A stretch of 63,940 nucleotides of DNA, counting the filler, from Chiloscyllium plagiosum (lineage: Eukaryota), in the NCBI RefSeq assembly GCF_004010195.1. It is 4 parts of one record of this genome, joined end to end, with 100 filler letters (N's around TTAATTAATTAA, not from the genome) between each part and the next. Parts side by side here need not be neighbours in the genome. Positions count along the whole stretch, not along the records: positions 1 to 25,127 come from NC_057710.1; positions 25,228 to 54,280 come from NC_057710.1; 2 more parts are not named here. One strand, written 5' to 3'. Below the pieces are notes generated by a model, which was not told where the DNA came from, did not search any database, and worked only from the letters and a program-made list of their open reading frames with translations. Shown in pieces: positions 12,800 to 26,335 of this stretch. Positions within the stretch are counted from its first letter, which is position 1, and every line of letters begins with the position of its first letter. The position numbers and the translations under genes are program-made.

Positions 12800-13515
12800 T
12801 GCATCATTGAGATACCTTCTGGGGAAGGTGGGAAATGTATAAGAATAATGGGTTGCACCTGAACTGGTGGGGCACTAATATCCTGGGCAGGAGATTTGCC
12901 ACAGCTCTTCGGGAGGGTTCAAACTAAATTGACAGGGAGATGGGAGCCAGAGCTACAGATAAGGTAATGTAGTAGGTAGTGAACAGCCAAATACAGTGTG
13001 CAGAGAGTCTGTGAGGAGGGATAGGCACTTGATAGGGCAAAGGTGCATTCAGTGTGATGGGGTTGAAGTGTGTCTATTTTAGTGCAAGCTTGAATTGTAG
13101 GGAAAGGCTGAACAGGCTAGGGCTATTTTCTCCGGAGCACTGAAGGCTGAGGGGTGACCTTATAGAGGTTTATAGAATCATGAGGGGCATAAATAGAGTG
13201 AATAGCCAAGATCTTTTCCCAGGATTGAGGAATCCAAAATTTAGACGGCATGGGTTTAAGATGAATGGAGAAATATTTAAAAGGGACCTAAGGAGTAACT
13301 TTTTCACACAGAAGGTGGTGTGGATATGAATAAACAGCCAGAGGAGGCTAGTACAATTGCAGCATTTGAAAGGGATCTGGATGGATATATGGATAGGAAG
13401 GTTTACAGGGATATTGGCCAAGTGCTGGCAAATGGAACTAGATCAGTTTAGGATAGATATGGTCAGCATGGACAGGTTGGACCAAAAGGTTTGTACAACT
13501 CTATGACTCTATGAC
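12800..13515 (+). mobile_element. CR1 LINE remnant: end of ORF1 (SGNH esterase-like) joined by an internal deletion to the 3' end
   Basis: About 12811-12927 reads DTFWGRWEMYKNNGLHLNWWGTNILGRRFATALREGSN*, the xGLH motif of the CR1 ORF1 esterase. 13100-13515 is the ORF2 C-terminus and CTATGACT tail. Confidence 0.75.
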
Positions 13516-14066
13516 ATCTTTGGAAGGATGTAGTACAGATTGATCAAAAAATACAACAGCTTAAATGGTTAAACTTTTATGTTAAAAACCACAAACGTAG
13601 TTTGTATTAAGGAATTGGGCCACAAATGCTGGATGAGATTGTCTCACCCAGATCTAGCAAAAGAATATTTTCAGAAAAATAGAAAAATGTTAGGTGGAAA
13701 CTTATTCTCAGGATTCTGACAGGGAAGCTGTAGAAAGGGTGTATCTTTGGCTAAGGAAACTAGCAGATAGCTACAGCCCCAGAGAAAGGGGTTGACAATT
13801 TTGCATCGAAGTCAGAAGATATCTCTTCTGTCAAAAAGTTGTCAATCTTTGGAATTTCCCAACAAAAGACAGCAGTTGATTCTCAGCTGATGAGTATATT
13901 CAAAATGTTTCATCATCAAGTGAATCAAGGGATGTGGGGTTAGGTTGGGGTGAAGAATCTGGCATTCTAGGATTCAGCTTAGAGGCCATCTGCTTCAGTT
14001 CTTTCACAAAGGCAGGAGAGCTGTCCATGTTCTTTTTGTTGGGGAGGAGATAATGACAGAGATGAA

Positions 14067-14690
14067 GACACAGTGGCTCAGTGGTTAGCACTGCTTCCTC
14101 ACAGTACCAGGGGACCCAAGTTCAACTCCAGCCTCGGGGGACTGTCTGTGTGGAACTTGTATGTTCTCCTTGTGTCTGTGTCGTTTCCTCTCACAATCTG
14201 AAGACATATAGGTTAGGTGGATTGGCCATGCTAAATTGCCCCAGGGTGACACGTGGCTCAGTGGTTAGCATTGGTGCCTCCCAGCGCCAGGGACCTGGGT
14301 TTGATTCCAGCCTTGGGTGACTGTCTTTCTGGGGTTTGCAAATTCTCCACGTGGGTTTCTTCTGGGTCCTCTGGTTTTGTCCCACAGTCCAAATATGTGC
14401 ATGTTGGGCATATTGGCCAAAGCTAAATTCCTATTGTATCCAGGGATGAGCAGGCTAGGTGGGTTAGCCATGGGAAATATGGGGTCACAGGGATAGGGTG
14501 TGTCTAGGTGGGATGCTCTTTGGAGGGACTTGATTGGCTGAATGGCCTCTGGAGGAATGCTAGGTGGGTTATCCGTGATAAAGATGGGGTTAGGGTGGGG
14601 TGCTGGGTCTGCATGGGACACTTTTCGGAGGGTCAGTATTGAGTCAATGGGCCAAATGGACTCTTTTTGCATCGTTAGGATTGTAAGATA
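14067..14690 (+). mobile_element. Two nested or tandem HE1-like SINEs
   Basis: Two GTGGCTCAGTGGTTAGCA heads (about 14072 and 14253), each followed by a B-box-like sequence and V-domain. Confidence 0.85.
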
Positions 14691-15446
14691 GGAAAGCCAC
14701 TATCAATCTCAACAATCATAGCAAGGGGCATTGGGTGTGGAAAGGGTTAGAGGGAGCTTGAGGTGGTAGCTCATTGATGGGAGGGTCTCAGAGAGGATGT
14801 GGGCAAAGGAACTCGAAAGATGGAAGTAGGAGCTGTACTGGGAGGGCTGTCTGGAGGGATCCAAGAACCGAAAGTGCTGGAGAAACTCAGCAGGTCTGGC
14901 AGCGTTTGCGGAGAGAAAGCTGAGTTAACACTCCAAGACCCTTTCTGAAGAACGGTCACTGGACCCGAAATGTTATCTCTGTTCTTGTCCTCTCCACTGA
15001 TACTGCCAGACCTGCTGTATTTCTCCAGCACTTTCTGTTACCTTTGTTTTATTGTAGTGTTCAGGGGGAGGATTGGTTTGCTGGAGATCAAGAGTATTCA
15101 AGCAAACAACAGAGCCAACTCAGCAATGGTCTCAGGGATAAGGAAGTCTTGTAATCAGAGGCCGGGGATGGAGGTTCAGGAGCTTGATTGGTGAGGAAAG
15201 AAGCCAAGCACTATTAGTTTATACTTGAGAGGCTTCTCAGGGACTGCAATGGTTCAAGGAAGCATCTTATCACCACTTTCTCCAAGCTAGTTACAGATGG
15301 GCAATAAATGCCGGCTGAGTAAGTAATGGCTATGTGCTGTAAATGAATAAATACAATGGATTTGGGTTTAACCAAAGAACCCCAAAGCTTCATGAAACAT
15401 CGTGTGGCCAGGTCAGATCTGACACTAGTTGGACAACAGACCATTT

Positions 15447-15754
15447 TCATAGAATACCTACAGTGTGGAAGCAGACCATTTGGCCCATCATCAACACTCC
15501 AATCCCTGTAATCCTGCATTTCCCATGGCGAAACCACCCAGCCTGCATATCCCTGGACACTTTGGGGAAATCTAGCATGGCCAACCCACCTAAACTGCAC
15601 AGCTTTGGAGTGTGGGAGGAAACCGGAGCACCCAAAGGAAACCCGCGCAGACACGGGGACAACGTGCAAACTCCCACACACAGTGGACTGAGGGTGGAAT
15701 CAAACCCGGGAACCCTTGACGCTATGAGGCAGCTGTGCTAACCAACGTGCCACC
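15447..15754 (-). mobile_element. HE1-like SINE
   Basis: Reverse complement of the full SINE, including the tail. Confidence 0.85.
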
Positions 15755-15769
15755 CCAACCGAAAGAAGG

Positions 15770-16250
15770 AACTTGCATTTGTGATGCACCTTTCCTGACC
15801 TCCAGAAAATCAGCGAGATACTTTTGAAATACAGTTCCCCATTAAAACATCGACTCACAGCACTCAGATGAAGACAAGGTCGTCTTGTGGCAGTGTTTGG
15901 AGGAAGGGTCACCGGTCCTGCAATGTGACCTCTGAATTCTCTTCACAAGATGCTGCCAAACCTGCTGAGCTTTTCCAGCAATTTCCTTTTTGTACTAGAT
16001 TGTCTTGAGTTGTTGAGGAACCAATATTGGCCAGAACACTAGACAGTGAGCTCTTGCTTTTCTTCCGACAGTGCGGCAGGATTTTTACCTTCACCTGAGA
16101 TGAGGCGTTGGTTTGCAATCTCATTTGAAAACTTGGTACTGACTCACTACTGTTCTTGCCAGGTTACAGTCGCAAGTCTCTGGAATGGAACTTGATCCCT
16201 TCCTCACTATCCCCCCCCAGATCTCTGACTCTGAGGCAAGGAGGCCTGAG
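15770..16250 (-). mobile_element. Old Deu-domain SINE (SacSINE1/AmnSINE-like); similar copies at about 5020-5250(+), 22140-22330(+), 27150-27470(-)
   Basis: Degenerate match to the DeuSINE central domain as recalled (GGGA.T.CTGCACTGT..GAGGT..TGTCTTTC.GA...AAACC.AGG...GATCCCA...TCCTG.CCAAT). Confidence 0.6.
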
Positions 16251-16854
16251 AGGTGGCTGACCCAATGGGCCACTCAAAACTTAGTCTTGATGAAGGGAAG
16301 ATGGCGGCTGTGCTCACTGGAATGATCTTGCCGGGGGCAGTTAGAACGCAGATGGAGCTGTGAGGGAATGGCTGAGTCACCACCATCCGCAGAGATAATT
16401 GGCAAATGGAATGTGCAATTCACTCCAATGCCCAACAACCCATGAGTTGCCAGTTTAAAATGAAGAGGTGAAGGGAGTAAATGGAATAAGAAAGGAATTA
16501 GATATTAGTTACAGGCAATGTAGTCATTACTTTGACTTGACTAAAGCAGAAGCCAACAGTGCTAAAATGCCTCGGGTATTGCTAACCAAAGAAAAACCGT
16601 GTTGTCTGAACACAGGAGATTTTAATTCACATGAGTAAAATAGGTTACTAGGTTGGGCTAGGTATTGCATTGATGTTGGATCGGTGGAGTGGTGCACCAA
16701 CTAGTAAATGGCGTTATGAGTCCTTTTTTCCCACGCTCAGAATGGTTTGTGGCAAGCTTCGATTTAAATGTGCATTTGTGATGCTAAGGCTATGAACTAG
16801 CTGCTGTGGTAATTAGGATTAGAATAGGTAGTTGGTAGTCTAGGTATTCCAGAC

Positions 16855-17140
16855 TACCCAGGTTCGATTCCCGCCTTGGGCAACTGTCTGCGTGGCGTTT
16901 GCACATTTTGCCCGTGTCTGCGTGGGTTTCCTCTGGAGACTCCGGTTTCCTCCCGCAGTCCAAAGATGGATTGGCCATGGGAAATTGCCCATAGTGTTCA
17001 GGGATGCGTAGGTAAGTGGATTAACGATGGGAAACGTGTGAATACAGGGATGGGGTGAGTGTGGGTGGGATGCTCTTTGGACAGTCAGCATGGACTAAAC
17101 GGGTCAAATGGCCTGCTTCCACACTGTAGGGATTCTATGA
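16855..17140 (+). mobile_element. HE1-like SINE; another copy at about 18176-18450
   Basis: GGTTCGATTCC B-box, V-domain and GGGATTCTATG tail. Confidence 0.85.
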
Positions 17141-19059
17141 ATCCAAGTGCTGCTCCTGCTGAAGCCCAGCAGGATTGGCAGAATTTGTGGGGGGATGGTG
17201 TTGTGACTGGACTAATGATAGTGTGGGAACACGAGTTATCCAGAGACCCACGCTAATGCTCTGGGCCCACAGGTACAAATCTCACCACGGCAACTGATAT
17301 GGTTTAGATTCAATTACAACCAGAAAGTCGTGGTGAACACCAAATCCTTCTGCTTCACTGAATCGCCGTTATGAAGGAAATCTGCCATCATTATCAGGTG
17401 TTGCTTACTAAATATGACTCCAGATCCACAGCACTAAATTGGCTTCACGAGTCAGTCAATACAAGTGGGATGGGGAATAGATGCTGGCCTTGTCCATCTC
17501 CCATGGAAGGGTAAAGTATCAGAGCTCAAGTTCTGAGTCCACTTTGTCTAGAACTGATTGGGTTTTTACAATGGTCTAGAAGTTACAAGGCTACTTTTAC
17601 TGAGAAAAAAGGAGAGAGTAAGGACTGCAGATGCTGGAGATCAGAGCTTAAAAATGTGTTGCTGGAAAAGCACAGCAGGTCAGGCAGCACCTGAGGAGCC
17701 TATTCAGAGCATGCAGCAGAGGACTGTTAGTGTGTATGGTGGGATGTAAAGCAATTGGTGAAGAGAGTCACAGAAATGAATTATTGTACCAGGTAATGAT
17801 TCTGAAGAGGTTAATCTTTATGTTCCATTGTCTCCACTCATTGTCCTGATGTCACACACACACACTCTGTGGGTGGAGCCAAGGGGTTTAACTTGCTTTC
17901 AGAAAAAGTAGATTTATGTGTCAGTTCCTCTGGGTCCTAGACATTGTGTCTGACCAAATGTAGTCAGAGAGACCAGAAATGCAAAAAGAGCCTTCCGGCC
18001 CATCAAGTCTGCACCAGTCAAAAATGACCCCCTAACTATTCTAATTATATTTTCCAGAATTTTTTTATTCATTCATAGGATGTTAGAAAAAAACCCATCC
18101 AGCTCAATAATGTCCTTCAGGGAAGGAGACTGCCATCCTTACCTGGTCTAGCCTACATGTGACTCCAGCCCAACAATCTGTCTATGTGGAGTTTGCACAT
18201 TCTCCCTGTGTCTGCGTGGGTTTCCTCCGGGTGCTCCGGTCTCCTCCCACAGTCCAAAGACATGCACATTAGGTGAATTGGTCATGGGAAATTGCCCATA
18301 GTGTTCAGGGATGTGTAAGTTAGGGGCATTAGTCAGGGGGAAATGTAGAGTAGTAGGGGAATGGGTCTGGGTGGGATACTCTTCGGAGGGTCGGTGTGCA
18401 CTTGCTGGGCCGAAGGGCCTGTTTCCACACTGTAGTGATTCTAATTCTAAAACCCAATAATTGGGTTACAACAGCATTTATTACCCATCCCTAATTGCCC
18501 AAGAGTCAGCTGTGGGTCTGGAGTCACATGTAGGCCAGGCCATGTAAGGACGGTAGTTTCCTTCCCTAAAGGTCATTAGTTAACCAGATAGGTTTTTCCA
18601 ACAATTAATAATGGATTCATGGTCATCATTAGACTCTCCATTCCAGATTGATATTGAATTCAAGTTCCAACATCTGCTGTGGCAGGATTGCAACCCAGGT
18701 CCCAGATCACTACCTGTGTCTCTGGATAGGTAGTCCAGCAATAATACCATTAGGCCATCATCTCCCCTAAATTATTGGATTTGTTGCACATTGTTTCAGG
18801 GCTGGAGTCACATGTGGGCCAGACCAGGTAAGGGTGGCAGTCTCCTTTCCTGAAGGACATTTTTAGGCTAGATGGGTTTTTTTCTGACAATTGGCAATCA
18901 TTTGTGGTCATCATTAGATTCTTAATTCCAGACTTTATTTTTAATTGAATGCAGGATTCGAACCCGAGTCCCCAGATCATTACCTAGGTTTCTGTATTAA
19001 TCCAGCAATAAGAATAGAAAACCTTGTATGCCTTGACTTCACAAGCGTACATCTAAATA

Positions 19060-21660
19060 CTTCTTAAGTGTTATAAACAATAAAGTATTTTGCTTCCTTT
19101 CAGGCATTAAGGAACGCAAGCTGGAACAACTCCGAAGTACCCACACTTCTCTGGGACCTTCCTCTCCTTCCCTTTCCTCTGACTCTATCCCTATGTCTTG
19201 TTGTGTATTTGCTATCCCTTCTGACCTGCTTCTCTCTGATGCTGGTTTCAGCAAAGGTCTCAGTTTTATCCCTCGGTGCGCCCACCTTAATGTGTTTCAG
19301 GCCTGACTTGATGTTGAACTCTTCTTCCGTCACCTCTGCCTCTGTGCCTGTTTCTGTGGATATGAATTCTCACTCCTTCACCCACCTCCAACAGTCTTCC
19401 TCCACCTGGAGCCCTCCCTCCAGCCTTTTATCTGCACTTGACCTGTTCATTGAGAACTGTCGACGTGACATTTGTCATCTCAATTTCTCGGCCCCACCTC
19501 ACCACCTCCCTGTGAACTGACTGCGCTTCCTTCTCTCAAATCCAACCCTGATTCTGTAATTAAGCCTGCGGCAAAAAAGGTGGCGCTGTTGGTGTACTGA
19601 CCTCTACATTTCAGAGGCTGAGCACCAGCTCTCAGATAACTCTTCCCATCTCCCCCTGGTTCATGATCCCACCATCGAACATCAGGCTATTGTGTCCACC
19701 ATAGTCACTGATCTGCTGATCTCTCGCCTCATTTCCTCCCAGCTCATAGTCTTCCCAAAAATCCTCGAAATCCACTGCCTGGGCAGACCCTTTGCTTCCA
19801 CCTGTTCCTGCCCACCGGACTTACTTTTTCCTATCTCATCTCAATGTTTTTCTCCCCTTGTCCAGTCTCTCCTCACTTACATCCGCAATTCTTCTGACAC
19901 TTTACCTCAGTTTCAGAATTTCCAGTTTGCGGGCTCCAGCCGCCTCCTCTTTACCATGGATGTGCAATCCTTCACACACCCATCCCCCACTGGAATGGTT
20001 CCAGGGCCCTCTGCTTCACCCTGGAATAAAGGCCTGAACTGTCCCCATCCAACAGGACCCTCCTCCGTCTTGTCCTCACTCAGAACAACTTCCCTTTTAA
20101 CTTCTACCATTTTCTTCAGGTCAGAAGGGAGGCCATGGGTACCCGCTTGGGCCACAGTTATGAAGGGCTTTTGCCCGAAACGTCGATTTTACTGCTCCTC
20201 GGATGCTGCCTGAACTGCTGTGCTCTTCCAGCACCACTAATCCAGAATCTGGTTTCCAGCATCTGCAGTCATTGTTTTTACCACAGTTATGCCAGTCTCT
20301 TCATGGGGTCCATGGAACATTCTTTGTTCCAGTCCTATTCTAGCCCCCAAACACAACTCTTTCTCCGGGACATCGATGACATCATTGGTGTTGCTTCCCT
20401 CTCTAATCCAGAAGTTGATTTATTCATCAACTTTGCTTCAAATTTTCACTCTGCTCTCACCTTCACCTGGTCCATCTTTATCTCCCCACTTCCCTTCCTC
20501 AACATCTGTTTCCATTTCTCGGCATAGAGCGGCCACTGAGGTACGCTACAAACTCACCGTTAATTTGATGATACTTCCTCACATTCTGCATCATCTAACT
20601 CTATCCATCTCCTGGTTTCTCCATCCCCATTGCATCTGCTTCGATGATGCCTTTACGAGGGCGAGTCTGAAATGCCCACCTTCTTCCTCATCCAAGGATT
20701 CCCTAGCATCATGGTTGACAGACCCCTCAACGACCCACCTCCTGCACTTCAACCCTCACCCCCTCTCTTTCTTCCCACAACAGCAATAGGGTTGCCCTTG
20801 CCCTCACCTACCATCCCACCAGCATCCACATCCAGAGGATCATTAGCCGCTATTTCCCCCACCTCTATTGGGATGCTACCACCTGACACATATTCACTTC
20901 CCCCCCCTTGTCAGACCATTCCCTCAGGGACACTTTGGTCCATTCCTCCATTCCCAACATCTCCGTCCATCCCCATGGCAACTTCCCATGCAACCGCGAA
21001 AGTCTAACACCTTACTCTTCCCCTTCCAGTATCCAAGGGCCCAAACACAGGTGAAACAGTGTTTTACCTGCACTTCACTCAATCTATTCTACTGTATTCG
21101 CTGCTCATAATGTGGTCTCCACTACACTCAGGAGATGAAACACAGACAAGGTGACTGCTTTGCCATTCTGTATATTACCATGAGCTTCCAGTTATCTGTC
21201 ATTTCAACACCCCACCCTGTTCCCTGGCCAACATCTCTGTCTCAGGATTGCTGCAGTGTTCCAGTGAAGCCAAATGCAAGCTGGGAGAACAACACATCAC
21301 TGGGGACTCTGAAGCCTTCAGGACTCAATATTGAATTCAATAATGTTCGGGCCTGAATGCTTTCTCCCACGTCCTTATCCCAACCCTTACAACACCAGGC
21401 CTTCCCATCACATGGGTTACTTTCAGCACAGCCAACCCAGTTTCACCCAATGATGGTCCCCATTATCAGCTTTTCTTTCTCCCTACCTACCATTATCCAT
21501 CTCTTTGCCTCACCTCTTTCTCTCTCTCTGGGCTACATCTCCACTCATTGCTTACCTCCACCACCACCAGTCTTCAGCATGTAGACCACCCTTTCCTGGC
21601 TACTGCTGTTCACTGGACTTGAGATGTTAATTCTGCTTTTCGTTTCTCTGTTTTTGTTTA
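19060..21660 (+). mobile_element. Large decayed Penelope-like retroelement (RT plus GIY-YIG endonuclease)
   Basis: Frameshifted pieces: ALDLFIENCRRDI; LLFTMDVQS (RT motif A); MGTRLGHSY/YASLFMG; FLRDIDDIIG (degenerate YIDD); FTCTSLNLFYCIRCS (start of GIY-YIG). Contains a nested PLE terminal insert at 20163-20280 with TSD CCACAGTTATG. Confidence 0.9.
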
Positions 21661-21976
21661 CTATTTTGGGGACACCAGTCAAATCACACCATTGCAATTG
21701 GTGGAATTTGAATTCAATTTATTAATAAATCTGGATCTGAAAGCTAGTTTTTGTGATTGTAACCATCAGATATAGTGAAATACTTCACTCATGCCCTTTA
21801 TGGAAGGAATTCTGCTATCCCTGCAGCACTAGTCTGCACTACAGTAGTATAGTTGCTTCTTAACTGGGCCACTCAGTTGTGCGACATAGTCAAGGGCAAT
21901 TAGGTATGGGACATAAACGTTGATCTAGCTAGTAACACCCCTTCCCCACAAAAACACGTGTTTTGTATTTAAAACT

Positions 21977-23179
21977 GCAGCTGGCCTTGAAAGTGGCTCA
22001 TTCACCTTCTCAGGAGCAATTAGGGATAGAAAACAAATACCCGCTTTGCCACTGTACCCACATCTCATAGGGACTATGGTGTCAGATGTGGCTCAGTCAA
22101 TTAAATCACCCAAATCAGGGATCAAGGCCTACTCCACGGCTCAAGGGCAGAAGTGCAAGGTTACGGTACTGAGGGAATACTGCACTGTTAGAGGTTCTGT
22201 CTTTCAGAAGGCATGTCAAACCAAGGTCCTAATTGCCAGCTCTGGAGAATGTAAGTGATCCCACGAGATTGCAAGAAAGGCAGGGGGATTTATCACAGCA
22301 TCCTGACCAATGGTTCCCCTTCAATCAACTTCGTGGACAGACCACACTCTATGGCGTGTCATCACACAAAAAAAACTGTGGCTATTGAAAGGATACTGAA
22401 CAATTCCAAAACATTTACTGCACAGTCAATTTATCTAGCATGAACCTGCTCTCAGTGTAGTTCCTTCATCTGCATGCAGCCCCTTCTATCCTTTTATTGT
22501 GTTGTTACAATCAAGGTGAGATTATAAGACCATTAGACTTAAAGACTATTCAGCCCATCGAGCCTGCTCCACCATTCACTGAGATCATGGCTGATTTAAT
22601 AATCCTTAATTCCACTTTCCTGCCCTTTCCCTTAACCCTTGATTCCATTACTAGTTTAAATGTGTCTGCCTTAGGCTGGAGGGCTGCACTAATTCCTTTG
22701 TACCACTTCTCCACCGGTCACAAAAAGGTTTCAAGTTTACCCAAAGAAACTCCGAAAATTGCTGGGAAAGCTCAACAGGTCCAGTGACCCTTCCTCAGAA
22801 CAGACGGTCACTGGGAAAAGGTTAATTTTTAAGCAGAAGATAATGTGGGGGAAGGAAGTAAGGAGAAAACAATGGATCGGGATAGAGGCCAAAGGGAGAG
22901 AGATGAACAGTTGGACAAAGGAGTGGATAACGATCCAGCTAGGAGGGTGAATAGCTATTAACGAGGACTGTAGTGACTTCTGATTAAAGCCCAACCTTTT
23001 TTTAGTTGGGCTTTAGCCGTGGAGTAGGCCTTGATCCCTGATTTGGGTGATTTAATTGACTGAGCCACATCTGACACCATAGTCCCTATGGGATATGGGT
23101 ACAGTGGCAAAGCGGGTATTTGTTTTCTATCCCTAATTGCTCCTGAGAAGGTGAATGAGCCACTTTCAAGGCCAGCTGC
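21977..23179. repeat. 165-bp inverted repeat, arms 21977-22141 and 23015-23179
   Basis: The arms are reverse complements; I found two mismatches by eye. Confidence 0.9.
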
Positions 23180-24149
23180 TGTTCTGAAGAAGGGTCACTG
23201 GATCCGAAACATTAACTCAGACGTCTCTCTCCACAGATGCTGCCAAACCTGTCGAGTTTTTCCAGCAATTTCTGTTTTTCTTTCCCTGATTTCCAGCATC
23301 TGTACCTTTTTTTGGTTTTTACATTTAGCCAAGTTGATGATATGGAGCAGAATTCAGGAAAGATATTTTCACTCAGAGGAAGTTGGTCATTGTGCCTAAC
23401 AGGATGGGAGGAGCAGAAACTCTCAAAGTCTCTTTTAAAAAAAAGACGAGGAAATATACTTGAAGTGCCTTTGGACTCTGGACCGAGAACTGGAATATGG
23501 GATGAGACTCGTCAAGTCTTTACCAGCCAGCACAGACACAATGGATGAACTGTAAATTGGCAAAATTGGGTTGAGCCACTGCTGAGGTGGCACTATAACA
23601 AGAATACAAACTAATGATGAACAGAAACTTCTATCAGGAGTGTGGAACCTGATTAACTCAAAGTAACAGTGTCTGGGATAGTGATACAGGGAGAAAGTGA
23701 GGACTGCAGATGCTGGAGATCAGAGTCAAGAGTGTGGTCAGTCAGCTGATGAAGGGCTGTTGCCCGAAACATTGATTCTCCTGCTTTTCAGATGCTGCCT
23801 GGCCTGCTGTGCATTTCCAGCACCACACTCTTGACTGAGATAGTAAAACACCCTAGCCTCTGCGCTGCCTGCAGGTCTCTATCAAGCTAGTAAACACTGT
23901 GTGCTATCTCTCCACAGACACAGACCATAACTGAGGGAATATAAATTGCTATTGTTAATACCTTGTTTTGGCAAAAAGGGAGGCCAAGCTCTGGACTTAT
24001 TGTTATTTGTTTATATCATTACTTATTTTTATTAATATTTATTGCCCATCCATAATTGCTCTGGAGAAGGTGGTGGTGAGCTGCCTACCATTGTCACTAC
24101 TGTTTCTCAGGCACTCACACCTTTGATTGCAGTTTTTTTAAAATCAAAA

Positions 24150-25127
24150 TCAATAGACAATAGACAATAGACAATTGGTGCAGGAGTAGGCCATTCTGCC
24201 CTTCGAGCCTGCACCACCATTCAATATGATCATGGCTGATCATCCTTAATCAGTATCCTGTTCCTGCCTTATCTCCATAACCCTTGATTCCACTATCCTT
24301 GAGAGCTCTATCCAACTCTTTCTTAAATGAATCCAGAGACTGGGCCTCCACTGCCCTCTGGGGCAGAGCATTCCACACAGCCACCACTCTCTGTCTCTCT
24401 GTTTCTCCTCATCTCTGTTCTAAATGGTTTACCCTGTATTTTTAAGCTGTGTCCTCTGGTTCGGCACTCACCCATCAGCGGAAACATGTTTCCTGCCTCC
24501 AGAGTGTCCAATCCTTTAATAATCTTATATGTCTCAATCAGATCCCCTCTCAGTCTTCTAAACTCAAGGGTATACAAGCCCAGTCGCTCCAGTCTTTCAG
24601 CGTAAGATAGTCCCGCCATTCCAGGAATTGACCTCGTGAACCTACACTGCACTCCCTCAATAGCCAGAATGTCTTTCCTCAAATTTGGAGAGTGGAACTG
24701 TACACAGTACTCGAGGTGAGGTCTCACCAGGGCCCTGTACAGCTGCAGAAGAGCCTCTTTGCTTCCATACTCAGTCCCTCTTGTTATGAAGGCCAGCATG
24801 CTATTAGCCTTCTTCACTACCTGCTGTACCTGCATGCTTACCTTCATTGACTGGTGTACAAGAACACCCAGATCTCTTTAACTGCCCCTTTACCTAAATT
24901 GATTCCATTTAGGTAGTAATCTGCCTTCCTGTTCTTGCCACCAAAGTGGATAACCATACATTTATCCACATTAAACTACATCTGCCATGCATCTGACCAC
25001 TCACCTAACCTGTCCAGGTCACCCTGTAATCTCCTAACATCCTCATCACATTTCACCCTGCCACCCAGCCTAGTATCATCAGCAAATTTGCTAATGCTAT
25101 TACTAATATCATCTTCTATATCATTAA
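24150..25127 (-). mobile_element. CR1 LINE 3' part with (TCTATTG)n tail, cut by an assembly gap
   Basis: ORF 24323-24847: [16 protein letters not shown]...LRGDLIETYKII. Confidence 0.92.
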
Positions 25128-25227
25128 NNNNNNNNNNNNNNNNNNNNNNNNNNNNNNNNNNNNNNNNNNNNTTAATTAATTAANNNNNNNNNNNNNNNNN
25201 NNNNNNNNNNNNNNNNNNNNNNNNNNN
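25128..25227. other. Assembly gap: 44 N + TTAATTAATTAA + 44 N artificial spacer (also at 54281-54380 and 62169-62268)
   Basis: The same 100-bp layout occurs three times, and the 12-mer places stop codons in all six frames. Confidence 0.95.
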
Positions 25228-26335
25228 GAATACAAGGAGAACTAGCCATTTGGATACAGAACTGGCTCGAAGGTAGAAGACAGAGGGTGATGGTGGAGGG
25301 TCAGACTGGAGGCCTGTGACCAGTGGAGTGCCACAAGGATCGGTGCTGGGTCCTCTGCTTTTTGTCATTTACATAAATGATTTGGATGCAAGCATAAGAG
25401 GTACAGTTAGTAAGTTTGCAGATGACACCAAAATTGGAGGTGTAGTGGACAGCAAAGAGGGTTACCTCAGATTACAACAGGATCTGGACCAGATGGGCCA
25501 ATGGGCTGAGAAGTAGCAGATGGCGTTTAATTCAGATAATTGCAAGGTGCTGTATTTTGGGAAAGCAAATCTTAGCAGGACTCATACACTTAATGGTAAG
25601 GTCTGAGGGAGTGTTGCTGAACAAAGAGACCTTGGAGTACAGGTTCACAGCTCCTCGAAAATGGAATCGCAGGTAGATAGGGTAGCGAAGGCGGCGTTTG
25701 GTATGCTTTCCTTTATCAGTCAGAGTATTGAGTACAGACGTTGGGATGTCATGTTGCGGCTGTACAGGACATTGGTTAGGCCACTGTTGGAATATTGCGT
25801 GCAATTCTGGTCTCCTTCCTATCGGAAAGATGTTGTTAAACTTGAAAGGGTTCAGAAAAGATTTACAAGGGTGTTGCTAGGGTTGGAGGATCGGAGCTAC
25901 AGGGAGAGGCTGAACAGGCTGGGTCTGTTTTCCCTGGAGCGCGGAGGCTGAGGGGTGACCTTATAGAGGTTTATAAAATTATGAGGGGCATTGATAGGAT
26001 AAATAGGCAAAGTCGTTTCCCTGGAGTCGGGGAGTCCAGAACTAGAGGGCATGGGTTTAGGGTGAGAGGGGAAAGATATAAAAGAGACCTAAGGGGCAAC
26101 TTTTTCCACACAGAAGGTGGTACGTGTATGAAATGAGCTGTTAGAGGATATGGTGGAGGCTGGTACAATTGCAACATTTAAGAGGCATTTGGATGGATAT
26201 ATGAATAGGAAGGGTTTGGAGGGTTATGGGCCAGGTGCTGGCAGGTGGGACTAGATTGGTTTGGGATGGCTGGTCAGCACGGACAGGTTGGACCGACGGG
26301 TCTGTTTCCATGCTGTACATCTCCTGGACTCTGAC
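25228..26335 (+). mobile_element. CR1 LINE RT to 3' end
   Basis: [22 protein letters not shown] and [13 protein letters not shown] motifs plus 3' UTR. Confidence 0.92.

Noticed and set aside
14067..14320. tRNA genes suggested by A/B-box motifs
   Set aside because: These are SINE heads that continue into V-domain sequence and do not form a cloverleaf.
25172..25183. TTAATTAATTAA as a homeodomain-site palindrome or piggyBac target
   Set aside because: It is centred in exact 100-bp N blocks three times, so it is a scaffolding linker.
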